Below, in pieces: positions 1 through 13,940 of a stretch of 64,000 nt of DNA. Numbering within the stretch: the stretch's first letter is position 1; every line of letters begins with the position of its first letter. The DNA lies in NCBI RefSeq assembly GCF_963506605.1, contig NC_083285.1, positions 37,820,001 to 37,884,000 of the forward strand, given 5' to 3'. The notes under the pieces are model-generated. The model was not told the DNA's origin, did no database searches, and saw nothing but the letters and a program-made list of their open reading frames with translations. Made by a program: the position numbers and the translations under genes. This DNA is from Zootoca vivipara. Lineage: Eukaryota.

Positions 1-1759
1 CTGGAAGATGCAGGGCAAAAGGCAGTTCTGATGCTGGTCTAAAGCAGAATTAACATTTTACACATGACCTGCATGCGATGGCCAGCTCAGAATCAAGAAC
101 AGGACGTGTGCATATTTGGCTATATCTCAACATGGCTCCAATATCAGAAGTGACTTGATTGAGGAGAAAAGCTGTGAAGCAGTGGACTCCAAAATGGGTG
201 AAGGGTAGATTCCTCCCCTGCTCTCCTCTTGGTCTAGTAAATGAATTCCCACTTCCACTTTATAGCCAAATAATTTGATGTGCTTTGTTGTTTGTCCCTC
301 AGAAACCATAATTTGACACTATGTCATGAAGTAAAAAGCAGTGCAGAGGTCTCCAAGTCACATAAACAATGGCCACATTCACATTTCTCTCCCCCCCCCC
401 AAATTTTGGCAATTGTTGTTTGTTAAGGGTGCTAGGAATTGTACCTCTATGAGGGGTGAACTACAGTTCCCAGGATCCTTTGGGTGGGATAATGTGCTTT
501 AAATGCATGGTGTGTGTGTGTAGCATTGGAAGCTAGCATTCATAAACAGGTAAATAAAACCATGGTCCACAGTTCATGGCCCTCACAAAGCTAACTCAGC
601 ATGCCCAGCAGAGCTTTTGAGCCTAACTTCTTTTGTCAAACAGCAGTCATCCATGCGGCACGGCAAGCTACATTTGAAACTCAGGGGGATTTCAAAAGCC
701 ATTTGGAATGTGGATGAAGAGCTGCTGTTGAAAAGAAAAAGTTGCTGGTTTTTTTATTATTAAAAAAAAGCAACCTTCTGGTCATGCAGAATCAATCTTG
801 TGATTCTGAGGATTGTGCCTGGACTGTGACCTTTGTTTGGAGGAACAAGTTTCTACCACTGAAAATTAATTGCAAACAGCCTAGGTTAATTAAATACAGG
901 TATCTTTTTTCATAAGGTTATATCCTCTGCTATTCTTACTCACAGTAAACCCATTGAAATTGAAAAATGTTCAATTAATGGATCCATTAATTTCAATAAG
1001 TCTGATCTGAGTAGATTTAGTTGGCAACAGTCCATAGTTTCATGTTTGTTATGCTTGTCAGGTATACAGCCTTAAATTTGTTCCTCAGTTCATTTTATGA
1101 CCTTGTGGTTACAAAGTTACTTGGGTACTTTCCTACTGAAGGAAGGAGTTCATGTTTTGCCCTTTTCATTGACCTTTGACACTTAATTTGAGCATCAGCA
1201 GTGCTTGTCATTTCATTTGTGTGATTTCTGAAGCGTCAGGAATTGGAAGGTATTCCACAAGTACAGACTTGGCATACTTTTGCAACGATATTCTGGCTTT
1301 AGCTTCTACAGTTCTCTAATTTCCCCAAATAATTATGTATACTGTTTAGAAGCCAAACATACAGATGGCACTGGAAACACTGGACTCTAGTTCAGCACTT
1401 GGTATCAGTTATTAATGAACATGTCTGACAAATAAAACATTGTATTTTGTTACAGTTTGGTATTTTGGGAGCATGGAATGACAATGGAATGTTTGGAAGG
1501 AGAATGATCTGTTTTAGTGATAGTGTGCGCATACATATTTTTTCTAGGCTTACATGAGTTAAATTTGGAAGCAAACCCTTATGTAAATTTGATATAAGTT
1601 ATATATAGATTTGTGTTTCTCTGTGTGTGTTGATATAAATGCTATAAATGTATTATCACTAGTTCCAAAGTATCCAACTTCTGGGAAATCTGACACCTGC
1701 AGTCAACTTCATTTAGCCTTCATTGCTGAAAAGGTGAATGTACCTTCTAGAAAGAAATT

Positions 1760-2956
1760 TGTTAGGTAATGGAGCTGCCTGGTGGCCTGCCCATTTATAT
1801 TGGGTAGGCCTGCCGAATGTGGGTTGCCTAAAGGCATTAAACTTGAGAGAGCTAAACAGAAGGCTGCCTATAACTGGCTAAAACGTTTTCAGCCTTTTTC
1901 ATTCTTAGTTCATGGACAAACTTGCAACCTGAAGTTGGGAAGAAAGAGTCAGACTCACAGTGTTGGTTGATCTATGGAACACTTTATTTAAACACAAACC
2001 ACCTGCAGAGGTATAAGTGGGGAAACGAGCAGCCTGTAGGCAACAGCATGACAACCCCCTGACAATGGAAAATATGGTACACGGTATTGCCTGTCCCATT
2101 TCCCTAAGACACCTAAGAGGATGAGCAAGGGCCTTTCCAGTAGCACCACTCCCCAGGGCCCCATAACTAGTCTTTTGGACGGATCCATCTCCTTTGCCCC
2201 CCCCCTAAACAAAAACAAAAACACATTTGAATTTTGAACTCAAATTTTAGTTAGGTTTTTTGGCAGAATTTAGGCCACAACTTTATTGATTACAGAAAGT
2301 GAGTGGTTGCATAGGCTCTGCTTTGACTAGCTCCCTGCACCCTTGCAGGTAGCGCTGACCAAGGGCACCAGCATAGGTCAGTCAAGGGTGAACACTTGAG
2401 GTAGGTAGAAAGCCCAGGTACAGGCTATGTCCACTCCCCCAGATGCTCCCCTGGACTCGGACACGGGCATAACCCCCTCAAAGGGATTCCTTTAACAGAA
2501 TACTCTTCACATAGGGATGGCAAGACCGTTCTCCCATCCCCATGACTTGAACCAGTGCCTATCCGCAACCTTACAAGTTGTGATGATTTGCTATGCAGCA
2601 GGCAAAACCCAATTGGCAAAAGCCAATCAGCCAAGTGGGGAAAATTCCTGCCATGCCCCTGTCCCAACGACAGATGACAGATGACAGCATAGCAAGGTCA
2701 ATCGCAAAATGCCCTAAATATAGGGAGAGGTGTGTGTGTGTTCCGATGCACGCACCAAAAGAGGAAGTTCTGGCTCACGTGCATAGGTATATATAGGTCT
2801 CTTGATCCATTTAGACTGCACCCCATTGGCCAGATTAAACCCAGCAACGAGGGACCTACCAATCGGGTGTTGTGGCTGTCCAATATACCCACCCACAACA
2901 CGAGGGTCAGTCTCCAGGTCTCAATGCAACAAGTGCCCTCTTTTAGCGAGGACACA
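1760..2956 (-). mobile_element. LTR-like element (probable solo LTR), copy A; left boundary uncertain
   Basis: Strong similarity to 34030-34862. On the minus strand it begins TGTGTC, then has CCAAT-type boxes, a TATA-like ctatatatac (~2790) and AATAAAG signals (+ strand ctttatt at ~2281 and ~1982). No TSD found. Confidence 0.6.
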
Positions 2957-3094
2957 CTTAGCTGAATGTATACTTTTCTGTTCCATTCCATTTGGAACTG
3001 TTTTTCTTGTTTTATGATTGTATCTGTTTTTAAAATTGTATGTGTTATTGTTTTAACTAGCTCTGGGAACTTTTGGTGAAGGGGAGGTAAGTCA

Positions 3095-3138
3095 TAAACA
3101 AACAAACAAACAAACAAACAAACAAACAAACAAACAAA
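3095..3138 (+). repeat. (AAAC)n microsatellite, probably the tail of an old L2-like LINE 3' end (~2990-3138)
   Basis: Visible tandem repeat, preceded by a degenerate LINE-tail-like sequence. Confidence 0.8.
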
Positions 3139-3503
3139 GGTTGAATGAAATGGAAGTCCTCCTAAGTTTCAGGGAGCTAGTTAACTATTGAGGAGCCTAA
3201 CTATTTTCAGAACACTTTATTATGAAGACTGATTCCAGAAGCAGCAGTAAAATAATGTGTGCTTAGCTTGCAGGTTGTGTATCTATGGGAAACAAGGACA
3301 TTTGGCTAAAATCAGGGTGGATGAGAGGTGTGTGAACTTTACCTATTCCACAGCTTCGTATTTTGGCAGGAAAAAAAATTACACAAATGCTAAGCTTTAA
3401 TTAATGTCAGGGATAGGCAACACGTCCCGCATGGAGAAGCTTCAAATTTAAATCCCTGGAAGCTCCAAATAGCTGCTGAGCTGAGAAAAACACTGCTTGA
3501 GAC

Positions 3504-3921
3504 CACTAGCGTAGCAAGCCCAGATGGTACCCGGTGTGACGCCTGTGTGGCACCCCGTACGGACTGCGCATGTGTGGCATCCAGCGTGTGCGCACTCTGT
3601 ACGGGATGCCGCAAATGCACAGTCCGTATGGGCTTCCACTGGCATGCGGCGGCCTTACAGGCTGCTGCTCGCGCACGGCAGCTGTATAGGCTATCACGCA
3701 AGCAGCACCCCGTACGGACTGCGCATGTGCGGCATCCTGCACGGAGTGTGCACGTGGAGGATGCCGCACATGTGCAGTCCATATGGTGTGCTGCTCGCGT
3801 GGCTGCCTATACAGCCGCCATGCGCAAGAAGCAGCCCGTAAGTCGTGCTGAGTGTCACCCCCTTCCAGGGTGGCATTCGGGGCAGTCTGCCCCCCAATGC
3901 ACCCCCCTTGCTACGTCCCTG
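3504..3921. mobile_element. Non-autonomous hAT-like DNA transposon with internal tandem/inverted GC-rich repeats
   Basis: Imperfect TIRs cactagcgtagcaag / cttgctacgtccctg; 8-bp TSD cttgagac (3496-3503) / gttgagac (3922-3929); internal repeated ccccgtacggactgcgcatgtg units; interrupts an older SINE-like sequence. Confidence 0.8.
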
Positions 3922-4851
3922 GTTGAGACCAGGAGTTGTACTGCTAGTCAGACCAGACCATAGATGGAGTAACCTGATTTGGGATAAGACGAAATTGTAC
4001 ATGTATTACCGTAATTGTTCTGTGTGTCAGTTGATATGAAACGGTTTTTTAAATGTTCCAGGTAGGCATTAAATGCAGTTAGTAAATCATGTAGATTATA
4101 TAGTGGAATACACTGGAACGGAGTATTTACCTCTTTTTGTCTCCCAATTCATCATATTTTTAGGGGGCGATCCTAGATCCACTTACCTGGAAGAAAGCCC
4201 CACTGAAATAAATGGGTCTTACTTCTGAGGTGTTCATGTATAGGACTGTACTGCATTTTTCTGTAGTCCTGATGCCCATTGAACTCAAGTTGGATACTTT
4301 TCAAAAACCTTTTTAAATGAACCAAAATATATGTTTTAGGCAAATCGGGGGCTAGAAATTATTATGAGGTATTAGAAAATGTTGTACTTCAGGACTTCAG
4401 TTTGTTTCCAGCTAGAATCGGGAATGTAAGGTAGGTGTGTGAAAATGGATTAAATTGTAATTAAATCATAGTAAACTAATTGGAATTTTGAAAGCCTTAA
4501 AATAAAAGTTAATGTCGACTTTGATATTATTGAAGCCCATAGTTTCAGAATATTCATTATAAATGCTCTAACTTTTAGGGCTCTTTTAAACAGGAGTTGT
4601 TTGTTTACACATGATATGTTTATGGAGATGAGCCAGACATTTTGAAGATACCTACCCCAACTTTTTATAAGCCAATCTTATTGTTGTCATGGGAGATATA
4701 GCTCAACTGATTATATAGGGATAGTCCTATAATTCATAGTGACCATTTGTGACTGGTGTCAGCTAGAGGAATAATTCCAGGTTACAAATTTCTTTCATTT
4801 AATAGGAGAGTTAAGGTTCTTACAAATTTATTTGTACACTCCTAGAAGCAT

Positions 4852-5091
4852 TCCTGCCAACCTAGCAGTTCGAAAGCAACTCAAAGTACAAGTAGATAAA
4901 TAGGTACTGCTCCAGCGGGAAGGTAAACGGCGTTTCCGTGCACTGCTCTGGTTCGCCAGAAGCGGCTTAGTCATGCTGGCCACATGACCCGGAAGCTGTA
5001 CGCCAGCTCCCTCAGCCAGTCAAGCGAGATGAGCGCCGCAACCCCAGAGTCATCTGCGACTGGACCTAATGGTCAGGGGTACCTTTACCTT
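4852..5091 (+). mobile_element. Sauria SINE (Squam1, lacertid type), 5'-truncated
   Basis: Matches the reverse complement of 27247-27590; (acctt)-type 3' tail; TSD tagaagcat at 4843-4851 and 5092-5100. Confidence 0.92.
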
Positions 5092-7029
5092 TAGAAGCAT
5101 GGAAGGGGTAAGTTAAGGCTCCTGCCTGATCTATTGCACCACAGTCTTACATATTTCAGGGCCAACCTGAAAATGAAGAGGAGTGGGGCTGAAAGAGTAG
5201 GTCAACTTGTGAATGCATGGACAAACTTGCATAGTGTACCCACAGTCCAAAAGTTCACACAACTGATCAGCTGGTCCTGGTCCTCTCTCTCTCTCTGTGT
5301 GTGTTGTGTTGTGTTGTGTCTGTCTATATATATATATATATACATACACCTCAAAATGAATTCACCAAGGAATATTTAACTTCTGAAGGTAGTGCTTCAT
5401 CTACCATTTTAAATAAAAGCCTTGGAGCTGATGTTGGTTCTGGCTGATAGTGGCCTTTCTTCTTCCGTAGTTTAGTATCCTTTTCTAATTGAATTTGTTT
5501 TTATTATGGTTTTAGTAGTTTTTCTAAGGTAAGAGGGAGATAAATAAGTTTCAGATGAGAGGCGTCTACTAGTATCAAAAATGAATAGGTTACAGAGGAC
5601 CTTCTTCAGATGAAGGGAGTTCCTCTGGATACAACTGTCTGTTTTTCAGCAATCTTATCTGACAGAAGCTAGTGGAATACTTTGGCAAGTAGAATAAATA
5701 TGGGGTAGCTTTGAACATAAAGGTCCTGATGCAGCAAAAGTTAATCACACCAGTTCAATGAATATAAACGGGCCTTGCTTAGTAACAGCTTACTTGTCCC
5801 ATTGGTTTCAGTTGAGCAAGTATGACTAATTTGGTGAGGCCGAGGCCTTTATATCCGAACTGGCATTTAATTTAATTGTCTTGAATTGCCTACCTGTTCA
5901 TTTCAAATCCACATTGCCTTCCTGTCTTTTACTGAAGATTGTACAGTGTGCAATTGTTTGCAAAACAATTGTAGACCCCCCCATAGATTCCCCCCCAAAT
6001 TGTCTATGCGCTTTGCACATTCTCACAATAAATTGGGAATTTTATTGTTTTTATAGCATGTCAGAAGATCAGTACTAGGAGTATTATTACTCTTTAATAA
6101 GCTAACTTAGTCTACAACAGAAAGTCCCCCAGGACAGCTGTAAACTGCTCCTGGAATTCACACAATTTGTGAAAGAAGGTTAAATACATTCCAATACACT
6201 GGGTAGAGCCAAATAAGATTATTGTGTCTTATTTGGGGATGGAAACTTAGGGGGAATGTGTGTATAATATATGCTACATATTAGGAGTTTTATAATAACT
6301 CCTTGTTCAACACTTCTTAAGAAAGTGTTGCAATCCAGGACAAAGCGGACTTGTCCCTGAATAATAGCACAACTCTCTTTTTTAAACAGATTATTGTTTT
6401 AAAAAACAAACAGCAAAGAAAATTAATAAATAATAATAACACTAATTTAAACATTGTCTGTGGATGAGGTTAGAATAATAAAAGTGACATTTTGACCAAT
6501 GCATGCCATGTTAAAACTTTTGAAAAGAGATGGTTTTATGTATTCTGACCACTTAAATATCTGTTATCATAGATAACGTTTGAATGTAACGGTTGTAACT
6601 TAACTGTGTACATTTTGACAAAAATCATGTTTTGCCTCACCATTCTGTGGAGGGGATGCAAATATTATGGAAAGCTTTTTGTGTGTGGCTTAAATAAAGT
6701 ATATTGTTCCATCTTTGGAAGTAGCTCCAGTCCTATCCCATCGACAGTCGGGAGCACACAAGCCTTTTAATGTACAAAGGGTAGCAGGTCCTTCAGCCAA
6801 TCTGTGATAAAGGGGGGGGGATGAGATCACTATGGAAACGGCAGGGAGAATCTAAAAGGTTTCTTTATAAAGTAAACGTCTGATGTTTGTGACTGCGGGG
6901 GCAAAAAAAAAAAATCATAAATCTGTATGATGCTATCATTTCTGATTTGTTATCGCAGCAAATGCCAGGTGTAAGCAGTCTGACCATGGCTTTATTAAGC
7001 GCTTTCGTTTGCTAAGATAGTTACTATTC

Positions 7030-7683
7030 GACAGCAGAGGAGAGAGAGAGAGAGACAGAGACACACACAGAGAGACAGAGAGACAGAGAGATGGCAGTGC
7101 TGTAGGGGAAATCTCATTTGCTTAAATTTTTCATCATACCTTTCTTTTTATTTTTTTGGTAATCACAGAGAAAGCTTAGAGCTTATGCAGTGAGGAACAC
7201 CATGAGGTTTCCAGAAATGCGGTCACTCGGGGAGCTGAATACAACTGCGAAAGCAATGTTTCACCCCCGTTACGTGTCTGCCTTTGATCTCAGATTAAAA
7301 AATCTGCGACCCTCTCCCTCCAATCCAAAAGCAAATAGATGCAAAAGGAAAGAAACCTTCAGAACACAGGCTGGCAAGGACAAAAAAAATAAAAAAATAA
7401 AAAGGAAGGAAGGAAGGAAGGAAGGAAGGAAGGAAGGGTGACTGTAGTTGTAATAGCCCCCACGGACCTGCTTGGACAACAGGCAACTGCCACTGGATTC
7501 ACCGGATGAGCTAAACAAGGGCTGTAGGCAGCATCTCTGGTCCTGCAAAGGACAAGGAAAGCTTTTAGGCTTTCTCTGCACTTGCTGCCGAAGCTCTGAC
7601 AGAAGCAACAAGACAGTCCTAGCTCTCCTGAAGTCCCAGTTCTTCAGAATTCATTTCAAAGCTTGCAGAGAAAGAAAACAATG
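7030..7683 (+). other. Candidate first exon / promoter region ending exactly in ATG (start approximate)
   Basis: aaaacaATG|gtaagc: A at -3 and a strong donor at 7684. The upstream region is free of recognisable transposons and has (GA)n and (GGAA)n tracts. Confidence 0.5.
7403..7437 (+). repeat. (GGAA)n microsatellite
   Basis: Visible tandem repeat. Confidence 0.9.
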
Positions 7684-10600
7684 GTAAGCCAACAATTATG
7701 AATACTGTTTACTGCATTTAAACATGATTTTTATTTTGTGTCTTGCATCTAATAGGAATTATTGCTTCTCCCTAGATATCCTGGTCTTTTAAAAGGCAGG
7801 TGTGAATTTTGATTGTTTTTCTGAGGTATAATTTGTTGTTTTTGTCCAATTTATTCATTTGTGGCACTGGACATACAGGGGCCATTCAGAGATTGTTGAG
7901 GTGCAACTGTAAATGGGTTGTGTCAACCCCAAGTTAAACTACTTCCATTTTCAAAGCACCATGTTCCTGTAGCTTAACTTTTAGCATGTGACTCAGATAA
8001 ATAAAATTTATTGCTAAGGTTGGATACCTGGAACAATAAGAGTTTTAAAGTATAATTGCAGTGACATGCAAAGTTCAGAAGGTAGTATTTCTTGTGAAAG
8101 CATTTAGATATTGTAGTAGACTTATGGGTTTTAACTGGAACAAAAACTCCAGCCCAAATCCTGGCAGTGCAAACTTTTGAAAATGCAGAAATACCGGTAA
8201 ATATTTCAGTGATAAATAAATGATATGATTTGACACCAATTTCAATGTTGCTTTTTAGGCATTTCATGAAAATCAATGATCTGCGGAGTGAAATGAAACT
8301 GCTTTTGAAATTTTTTCTATATAGCACTACCTTGGAAAAACAGTTTGAATTACCTTGCTTCATTGACAGATATTGTATTCAGACTTTTATCTGATGTTGA
8401 TGATAAGACTAGCTATACTGTGTAGGGCAGGATGACACTAAAGGGGCAGTTTTTGAATGTTTGTATTTATTTTCTTCAAGGTATTCTACACATGGCTTTT
8501 CCAGACCAGTAACTTCATCAGAACAAAGCTTATAAGGTAGGTCAGAATAAATACTCATACAACTTGATAGTTAGGGCAGGGGGAGAGGGGAGGGGAGAAG
8601 GAGAATCTAAATTGCATGCAACACAATGTTAATGAATAATCTCTTCTGCCCAACTATATTGTATGCAGTATGAAATGAGAGGTTGATTGATTTACATGAA
8701 TGCTCAATTATTGTACTGTTTTTATTCTGAATATGCTCTTGGTCCTGGCTAGTGTTGGTAGCATAACAGAACTGAAAACCAGGAAGCTGTTGCACATATC
8801 TCATACCAACACACCCCCTTGGGTCACAATATTCGGTAGAGATACCTAACAGCTTCTGAATTGTACATTTGTATTTAGAACAAAGTGAATACCTGAAAAG
8901 AGCTGAGAAACAAGTGTAAAAACAACTGAGAATACTGGAAGAAGTTGTAATTTTTAAGAGCAAGGGAAAGGTTATCATCAACATAGTGATGATTCCTACT
9001 GCAATGAGACTTTCTGAAGATACTATCTACCAAAAAGATAATGCTGATAGGCGTGTCAATATGACAAGCACTTTTGATAGTGGTTCTCTGAATTAAAATA
9101 TAGCAGCTGCCTATAATCTTGCTGTTCTATTCTTTCCATCTTTCCAACCTTTTTTAGTAGTACCTCGGAAATAATGCGGGATCCTAAACCATATTTCTAT
9201 ATTAATGATATTTAAAAGGCCAGTTGTTGCACTTGTTTGGGGGAACACATCTATTTTGTAAGTCACATCAGAAGGGAGTTTGGGGGAATGAATTTATGCT
9301 GGGTTTGAATCATTGCTATCAATAGACTTCAACAGGGAAAGTGGTTGGGTTTCAACTTTTATTTTACTTGTTTCAGTCCAGTGTTTACCTGCTATTGTTG
9401 TTATTAAAGTTTAACCCTGATTAATGATTTTTAAAAAATTTCTTCATGTGGAATCTGCCACTAATTTTGATAATGCCTAGACAATAAAGACTGCAATTGA
9501 ATGTAAAGCCATGCTGTTTGAATCCCGCTGGAATCAATGGGCAGTATCCAGCTAAGTCATATTCGGAGTAGACCTACAGAAATCAATGGACTTTGGTTGG
9601 TCATGACTAATTAAGGTACATTGATTTTAATGGGTCTACAATCCAATGGGGTTAAAGTTGCATCAAATGTTTTCAGGATTTCAATCAAAGACTAAAACAT
9701 TTATTTTAGCCTTTAAAGGTTTTAATCTTTAAGAGTTTATGCCTATCCAAACACCATACATTTGTTCTCTCCCTGCACTTTTAATTTTGTTATTAATATT
9801 ATTATTTTTTAATACATACCATTCATTCTATAAGTTATATGCACAAGGAGATGCCACATTAGTGATCTTAAACCTATAGAGGGGAGTTCACAGTTTTGAA
9901 TAATACAGATTTACACAGTGAGATAAAAGGTTAATTAAGGTTAATATTGGAAAACATGTTCTGAGACTTCCCATTGCAAAAACCTGAATGAATCTGATGT
10001 AATTCTGTGCATTTTCTTTCTGTGTTTGATATGTAATATTTTTCTAGATCTAGGCTGCTGCTAATTCATTAAAACTTTCCTTGAGGGCAAATGGATCCTA
10101 GATATAAGTAAGCGCCTTTGTAGGAAAGCACATAGCATTATGAGTTAGCTACGGGAATACTGTAACTGTATCCTCAGGTAACATTTTTGTGTACGAGTAT
10201 ATTATGCAATAAAAGTAGGTATTTCCCTCCCTATTTTTATATTTCTTCTGGGAAATATCCAAACCTTTTCAAGCAGGTTATGCTCATGGCTGAAATTTGC
10301 AGAAAACAATCAAAATAAATCCTGAAGAATATCTAAGAGAAATACTACTCATGCTTGTTCCTTGGTTCACGAATAGCATTGTACCTCTATTTGGGTTGAG
10401 TTGTCATCACATCATGTGAACTTCATTGTTAATTATGATAAGCATTTGTTGCAACCGGCCATATGCATGTTTGTGGAATTTAATAGGCAAACTCTTTGAT
10501 AACAGCATAAGACTGCAGCCTTACTCTGCAACATATCATTCCAAATTCACAATGAAAGTTCAGCAATTCAGTAGGTTGGATCCAGAATTCACTCTCACTC

Positions 10601-11949
10601 AGGGGATTTATTTGCTGGTGGAGGGAGGGTGACGTCTGCTCATTCCCCCTGGAGTTCCCAGTACTACCTCCCGCTGGATTTTGGGGAGACACTTTAGAAA
10701 AGTGTGGGAGATGGCACTGCAGTGTGTAGGTGAAAGGAGAATGCCAAAAGGCACCTCTCTCCTCTTACCAACAGGATCTGTCTTCTGGATCAAAAGTCTT
10801 CCATTGGCAGAAGAGGTCTTTCTGTCTGTGGAAAGTGAAGTCAGGATCAGATTCAATTTCTCTTACCTGCACTACCACTTTTAAAAATGTGTAACTTAAA
10901 ATAATGGGTGTATGCAGGGCTTTTTTCCAGCCCGAACTCACCAGAATTCAGTTCTGGCACCTCTCAGGTGGTTGTGTGGTGTGGTAATGGTGCAGTGGTG
11001 CGCATAGATCAGCATACACACACATTTGTCTAGTGTACCATCTCTTAAGACTGGGCTGCCACCAGGTGCCAGAAGGAGCTGCAGAGTCATTTTTATTGAA
11101 AGATAAGAAAACCTGCACCGTCTTTGCAATGGGGTATTCTGACTTGCACATGGAGTTGTACTAAATTCCCTATTGACCCCTTTTAAGCTTTTGATTTTGT
11201 TGTTCTGTTTTTATTTGATTAGTTAAAAGATTTCTAGGCTACCTTTTAGCGTTGTTTTCCTACAAGGTGGTTTTTAATAAATAAAACACGACGTGCCATA
11301 AATATCACAAAAGACCATAAAACGGTGAAATTATCAATAACAACCAACATAGCAACCTCAAAAATAGTTAAAACTATTTCTTGCCAAACTTTTTTGCAAA
11401 AATATATTTTGTGTTTTTCTTTTGTAAACCACCCCGTGGCCTTTGGATGAGGGCTGATTTATAAATTTAATAAACACTACTACTACTACTACTACTACTA
11501 ATAATAATAATATTTCCTGAATATACTAATAATACACTAAGAACTGTTGTCAACTTTCCTACTCTACTTTTCCTGGGGAAAGGATATTGGTTATAAGTGT
11601 TTATTGGGGACTTGCATTGTGGGAACGTGACTAGATTGTTTGGAAAGCAAATTGAGTTTGTTTGCATGCCATGTTAGGGTCACCACAATGTATTTTGCTG
11701 CCTGAGGCAGACAAGATACCCTGTTCTAGAGGTTGACTGGAATGGCAGCTGAATCAGACTTCAAGACTGGTGATGGGATAATATCTTATTGAGGCAGTAG
11801 GACAGAACAGGTCTGTTCTCCAACAGAAGGGAATAGGCAGGCAGCTGAAGAAGGGCACTCAGTGTGCTGTTGCCTATGCATCTATGTAACTGCCATCTAA
11901 GGCAGTTGCCTGATTTTGCCGAATGGTAGAGATGGCCCTGTGCTACACT

Positions 11950-12136
11950 CAGGGCCGTCTTAAGCATATCGGGCACCTTGGCGCAGTGGTGCGGAGATTG
12001 CTCTGGCGCCCCCCGCCCAGTTTCCCACTGCGGCTGTCTGGCAGGCACAGCGCCACTGCAGTGGGCGCAACTGCGTGGCACCCCCCTGGCGCCCTGGCGC
12101 CCTGCGCCACCCAGCCTTGCCTTAGAGCCGGCCCAC
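11950..12136. mobile_element. hAT-like MITE (cagggccg... family)
   Basis: GC-rich island starting cagggccgtcttaag and ending cttagagccggccc; ggcgccc repeats; TSD degenerate. Confidence 0.6.
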
Positions 12137-13891
12137 TTTACACCCTTTCACCTGCAAAGACCTCAAAGTAGTACAGTTCCTAGGTAGTCTAACAGTATCA
12201 TGGTATTACGTGCCTTCAGGTCATTGTCATTCTCTTTGCAAATCTGTTTAAAACGAAGGTAATCTTCACATACGCACTTCCCTGGGGTCTTTTTCTGTTT
12301 TGCTCAGAACAAGCATGCTGATTAGTTGAGGAAGACCCAAGCAATTAGCCCTGTCCATGTATTTCTAGTGAACATAGTCTAGAATAGCTTGGGAACGAAC
12401 ATTCCTCTGTTTGTGTGCATGCACAAATAATGTTAGGATGTGCATAGTCTGATCGATTCATAGGAAATATATATCATTCTGGTAGAATAGCTGCAGAAAT
12501 CTCATGTTAAGGGGATATTTTGGGCATCATGGTTTCATAGCATAAATATTAGTAGAGCCTTATCTAGATAGGTGCAGGATGATTGATAACAGGGTTAGCA
12601 GACTTGTCTGATGTTAGCATTTGCCTTTCTTGTGATAGTACATCTCCTGTTCTTTTGATAGAATATATATGGCTACATAGATATAGCATAGAATGTGTTT
12701 TGAATGTGCTCCTCAGGGTTCACTCCTAGATGTAAAGAACTACCAGACTTTAAACAGTAGAACATTAATGGGTTCTAGCTGTGGAACAAGAAGTGTCTGG
12801 ATAGCAAGTAAAAGTCAAAGCCCATCTAGCCAAGCAAGCTGAGAATTACCATTCTCTGCATATTATAATAGCAGCTGGGATGGGCAAGTCTCAGGGCGCC
12901 CTAAGAAATTTTGTCATTGCATAGTGGTTGGACTAGATAAAACTTAAGCCATCAGGCAGCTCTAAAGTTATGCTTCCATTCGAGATGCTATCTCAGTGCT
13001 ACTTGTCCTTGATAATTGTTTAATTGAACAGTGCCACCTCTACATAAGGAGATAGTCTGAAGCTCTTAGAAATTATTTTCAAAGCAGACATCACTACTGA
13101 AATCCAGTGATGCTAGAGCTCGGCTTGGATCTGAGAAATCATTGTCTCAGCCCCAAAAGCTTGTTGAGATGCCAAATCTTGCTGCTCTCATCTCCTTGGA
13201 GGAAGAGCAGGACACGAATGTAATTAACATTTGGCACTATATATGGTTTGGAATGTTTACAGCAGATCATTCATTCCACCATAAATGGTTTAGCCTTTAC
13301 TACATTGAAAAAAGTGAGATGGTAGCATTGCATCATGTTTATGAGAAAGTTATAATCTGGAGTGGTATTCGACTACATTTTACTTAGAGTAGACCTACTG
13401 AAATTAATTAGCATGACAAAGTTCGGCTGTGTAATTTCAAAGGGACTACTCTGAGTAAAATTTAGTAGTATTTCCCTTACAAATTTCTTTATTAGGTCTC
13501 TATAATAAAGGTAGTTATTTAAAATACCATACTTCTTAAGAGGACATTTCCCCCCCAAAAAGTATTCTCGTTTCATCATATTGTATTATAAAATAAAAAC
13601 CACACTTTTGCTGAAACATTTTGTCTGAAATTTTAACCGTGAAGACATTTCACAGCATTTCTCAATGTATAAGTTCTCTGACCCAGGAAACAATGCTATT
13701 TACTCACCACTCTCTTTTGTATAATGAAAAATATTTCCACTGTGATACATTTCATTGAATAATAAAACTATTTTCTTCTTACCGTTGTTTCACTGAAAAT
13801 AAATAAATAATCAGAACTCTGGTTTCTTCTGTCAAGCACAGAGGAATGTAGATTTCTGTATGCTCACATGTATGCATGAGTGTTCACATTT

Positions 13892-13894
13892 ACA

Positions 13895-13938
<44 letters not shown>
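13892..13938 (+). repeat. (CA)n(GA)n compound microsatellite
   Basis: Visible tandem repeat. Confidence 0.95.

Positions 13939-13940
<2 letters not shown>

Noticed and set aside
3390-4002. Stack of 65-138 aa ORFs on both strands
   Set aside because: By-product of the GC-rich internal repeats of a hAT MITE
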